Shown here piece by piece: positions 57,850 through 64,000 of a stretch of DNA of 64,000 nt (position 1 is the first letter of the stretch; each line of letters opens with the position of its first letter). The notes under the pieces are model-generated. The model made no database searches. It was not told the DNA's origin and saw only the letters and a list, made by a program, of their open reading frames with translations. The DNA comes from the human T2T-CHM13v2.0 reference genome, Homo sapiens, in NCBI RefSeq assembly GCF_009914755.1, contig NC_060928.1; one strand, 5' to 3'. The translations under genes were made by a program, and so were the position numbers.

Positions 57850-59710
57850 TGGTGCAACCACTTATAAAAACTGTCAGTGTCTATTAAAGCTGATCATACG
57901 TATCCTCAATCACCAGAAATTCTACCTTTAGCTATGTACACAACATAAATGCATGTATACGATAAAAAAAACTATATATAAGATTATTCAGAGCAGTACT
58001 ATATGCAAAAGTCAGAAACTGAAAACAACCCAAATGTCTAATACCAGAATACATAAAGTGTGGTATATTGAAACAATGAAATATTAAGCAGCAATCAGAT
58101 CAACAAACTATTTACTACATGAAACACTATAAATAAATTTATAACGATATGGGGTAGGAAATAATTGAGGCAAAGTGGACATAAAGCATGATTCCATTGT
58201 GTAAGTTTAACCACAGGCAAAACTTATGTATGGAATTGGAAATAAGGGTAGGAATTCCTTTTGGAATGTAAGGGGGCTTCTGCAGTGCTGGTAATATTTA
58301 AATTGTTGATTAGGATGCTGAATATACAAATGTTTCACTTTGTGAAAAATTATGGAGCTACACACTTATGATTTGTATACTTCTCTGTAGATGTGTTATA
58401 CTTCAATAAAATGCTTAAAACATCTTAATAACTTGAGGGGCTTTGCAGAAGTACGGGGAAACATAGACAAAATTAGATCAGCCATGAATTGATAAACTGT
58501 TGAAAGAGGTAATGGATATGTGGCACTTCATTATACCATATCCTCTTCTTTTGTGTATGTTTGGAATTTTTACAATTAAAAAGAAAACCATCCAATTTCT
58601 AGAAAAAAATTCCAGAGAAAACATAGGAGTAAATCCTTGTAAACTTATGTTAGGCAATTACCTTAGCCATATACAACATCGAAAGCATGAGCCATAAAAA
58701 AAAGATAGATTGGATTTCATAAACTGAAGAATTGCTCTTTTAAAGATAATTTTAAGAGAATGAAAAGACAATCCACCACTACGAGACATTCTTTGTTAAC
58801 TGCATATTTGATAATGGACTTTTACTCAGAATGTACAAATAATTCTTCAAACTCAATAAGACAATCAACAATCCAACTTAAGAAGTGAGCAATATATTTG
58901 AACAGGAATTTCATCAAAGAAGACATAGGGATAACAAATAATCTCATGAGAAGATACCCAACACCATTAGATATTAGAGAAGTGCAAATTATGCAAATTA
59001 AAACCACAGTGAGATGCCCCTAAACTATTTGAATAGCTAAAATTAAAACTATTGACCATTTCAAGTATGAGTGAGGATGTAGACAGCTGGAATTCTATTT
59101 GTTTGTGAAGTGTAAAATGTTACAACCACTTGGATAATATTTTGCAAGTGTGTTAAAACATTAAATATACTTACCTAACTTTTTACTATTTCCACTCCTA
59201 AACATGTAATCAGGAAAAATGAAAGCACATTAGTACAAAAAAACTTGTACAAAAATCTTCATAATGGTCTTACTTGTAATAACCAAAACTGAAAGCAAAA
59301 CAAATATAAATAAATGGGCAAATAAGCAAAAACGTGTAAATCTGTGCAAGGCATACTACTGAACTGTAAAAAAAATTAATGATCTACCTATCCACACAAC
59401 ATGGATAATCTCAAAATAATTATTATAAGTTTAACAAAACAGACAAAATTAGTAAATTCTGTATTACTTTATTTATGTAAAATTACAGGAATGCAAGCTC
59501 ACTGGTAGTAACAGAAAGCAGATGAATATTTGGGTTAGAAGGAGGAAAGGAGAGAGGGTTTATCAATGATTATGGGGTGATGAATATGTTTCTTATCTTG
59601 ACTGTAGTAATTGTTTATAAGTGTGTATATATGTCAAAACTTATCAAATTGTATACTTTAAATATATATAGTCTGCAGTATGTCAATTATACCCCATTAA
59701 GCTGTTAATA
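57850..59710 (+). mobile_element. Cluster of two or three old L1M (MC/MD/ME-type) 3' fragments
   Basis: gaaaacaacccaaatgtc, aagagaatgaaaagacaa, tgcaaattaaaaccacagtgagat, atggataatctcaaaataatta, tatgtcaaaacttatcaaattgtatactttaaata. Confidence 0.8.
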
Positions 59711-59820
59711 AAGAGAATTGCATAGTGCATTACCTACCTTTGTAATGTGAAGTTACTCAATATTTATTACTGTACTTGAAATAAAATGAAATAAAATTAA
59801 ATGACCAAGAAAAACTTACT

Positions 59821-62330
<2,510 letters not shown>

Positions 62331-63164
62331 TGTAGAATAAAGCAATATGAAATAGTAAAAAAAAAAGTATTTTTTTTATTCATGGTAAAATAAATAAAAT
62401 AGCCTGCTTATGTATCTCTACTTTTCAAAAATTTGCATATTCTCAATACATAGAATATTCAAGTACATTTTTATAGACTATCCTGAAAAAAACGAAGCCA
62501 AATTCTTAGTTTAAATATTTGAATAATTCTGTGGATGATTTTGCTCTGTCAACTTTTTATATCTTAAACAAAGGCTACAAGGAAGAATGTCTGCAACTTG
62601 ATTGGAATTTGAATCTCCCAATATGTTTCATCCACAGTCAATTATTATTACATTTTTGTTTCCTCTGATTAAAAAAAAATCTGATCTTACTTACATGTGG
62701 ATTTTTCATTATTTTATTCTTGCAACATAACCTTATCTTTGGGTTTTAAAGAATAGCACAATATGCCCCCATGAACTGTCAAAATATGTGTAATTTAAAC
62801 TCCACAAACTCTGAAGTAGTTATAAAAGTAGTATAACAAATTTTTGCTGATGATCAAAGAGTTAATTTGCATAAGATTACACATATTAAGTTGTTGAGCA
62901 AAGACACAAATCCAGACATGATTGTTTGTCATATTTCACCATTTTTTGACAGATAAATGTTATGGCACTTCTAAGATGCTAGACATTTTAAATGTATTTC
63001 CTTCTTTATATCATTATCTCTCAGGATGAAAATTATTTTAATTTTTCACAGAATGAAAATTATTTTTAGCTTAATCAAGTATATGGGCACTTACATACTA
63101 ACACATAGTCTTTTGCTATGGGAAATTCAGTCACTGACAAAGATGGTATTTTATAAGAGGAAAA

Positions 63165-63370
63165 AGTTCAGGTAAGTTCAAACCTAGACTCAGTCACCAA
63201 AATATGAGTGAGCCTATAGGAAAGGTACTTCAACTTCCTAGATTTATATTTCCTCAGCTTGCAAAATTGCCAGATAATACTTACCTTGCTGACTACGGTC
63301 AAGTTTCAAGGTAATATATACAGGATGTGTAGCATGGAGGCACTGCTCAATAAATAAATGGCTGCTCTTA
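63165..63370 (+). mobile_element. MIR SINE
   Basis: gttcaaacctagactcagtcacc ... tttcctcagcttgcaaaat ... ataatacttaccttgc ... gctcaataaat. Confidence 0.65.
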
Positions 63371-64000
63371 AGCAGGATTGGTGAAAAAATATATTATTTC
63401 AACGGACATTAATATTTCTACCACTTCATAATATTCATTAACATAAAGACATATTTCTGAAAATACATTACAAAACACTTATAGATGTGTGTATGTGTAT
63501 GTGTGTGTGTATATGTGACAAAAAATATTCTTTACAGTTAATCAAAAGAATGTTTTTTCAAATAAACATATGGAGATTTAGAGGACTTAGAGATGTGAAT
63601 AACCGTACTTTATTTATCCCACATATTTACTGAGGAGCAGGTTAAAAAAAGGACATATGAAGATCATATTTCCATGATTTCCCTACCAGCTGTAATTGCC
63701 TTATATCCCTTTGAACAATTTACAGCCACATTTCCACCAATGAGACAATAGAATTAGATGCCCTTTAAGTTACATAACAACCCCAAAATTCTGTTCTGAC
63801 TATATTACTCTTCCCAATTAAATAATATAAAATTATCACAACTATGACAACTCATTTCTTCCCTCAAAATTACCAGTCTATAGCATAACGATAAATTAAT
63901 CTATGCCAACCACATTCACAATGCATATTGTTGTGGAACGTGAATCACATTGGCTGAGCTTTTCAGGTTCATTTTTACAGTACTAATACTCTGATGGCAA

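Overview
AT-rich, CpG-poor primate genomic DNA. It is most likely human or great ape, inferred from an L1PA3-type element with the short 5'UTR. The window looks intronic or intergenic. I recognise no host protein-coding gene, tRNA, rRNA or CRISPR array, and nearly all ORF-track entries are repeat-derived or chance. Main content: (1) a near-full-length, inactivated ~6.0 kb L1 (L1PA3-like, minus strand, ~39806-45832) with a TSD at a TTTT/AA site, a 5' end clipped at the YY1 site, the deletion that removes the ZNF93-bound segment, and a truncated ORF0; (2) a 5'-truncated L1PA7-like element (plus strand, ~59821-62366) with a 14-bp 5' inversion and a possible short 3' transduction; (3) ten Alus; (4) MaLR and ERVL solo LTRs, including an MLT2A2 with a DUX-type motif; (5) DNA-transposon fossils (MER1A/B, MER3, MER58, MER44/Tigger7); (6) many MIR, L2 and L1M fragments. 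The best non-repeat leads are a minus-strand TATA / ATG / leader-peptide / phase-1 donor arrangement at ~23.3-23.4 kb, several isolated exon-like segments, a 33-bp-arm hairpin inside MER3, and a repeat-poor motif-rich block at ~36.7-38.3 kb. I found no convincing novel biological system. Repeat subfamily names come from remembered consensus sequences, and boundaries of old repeats are approximate.
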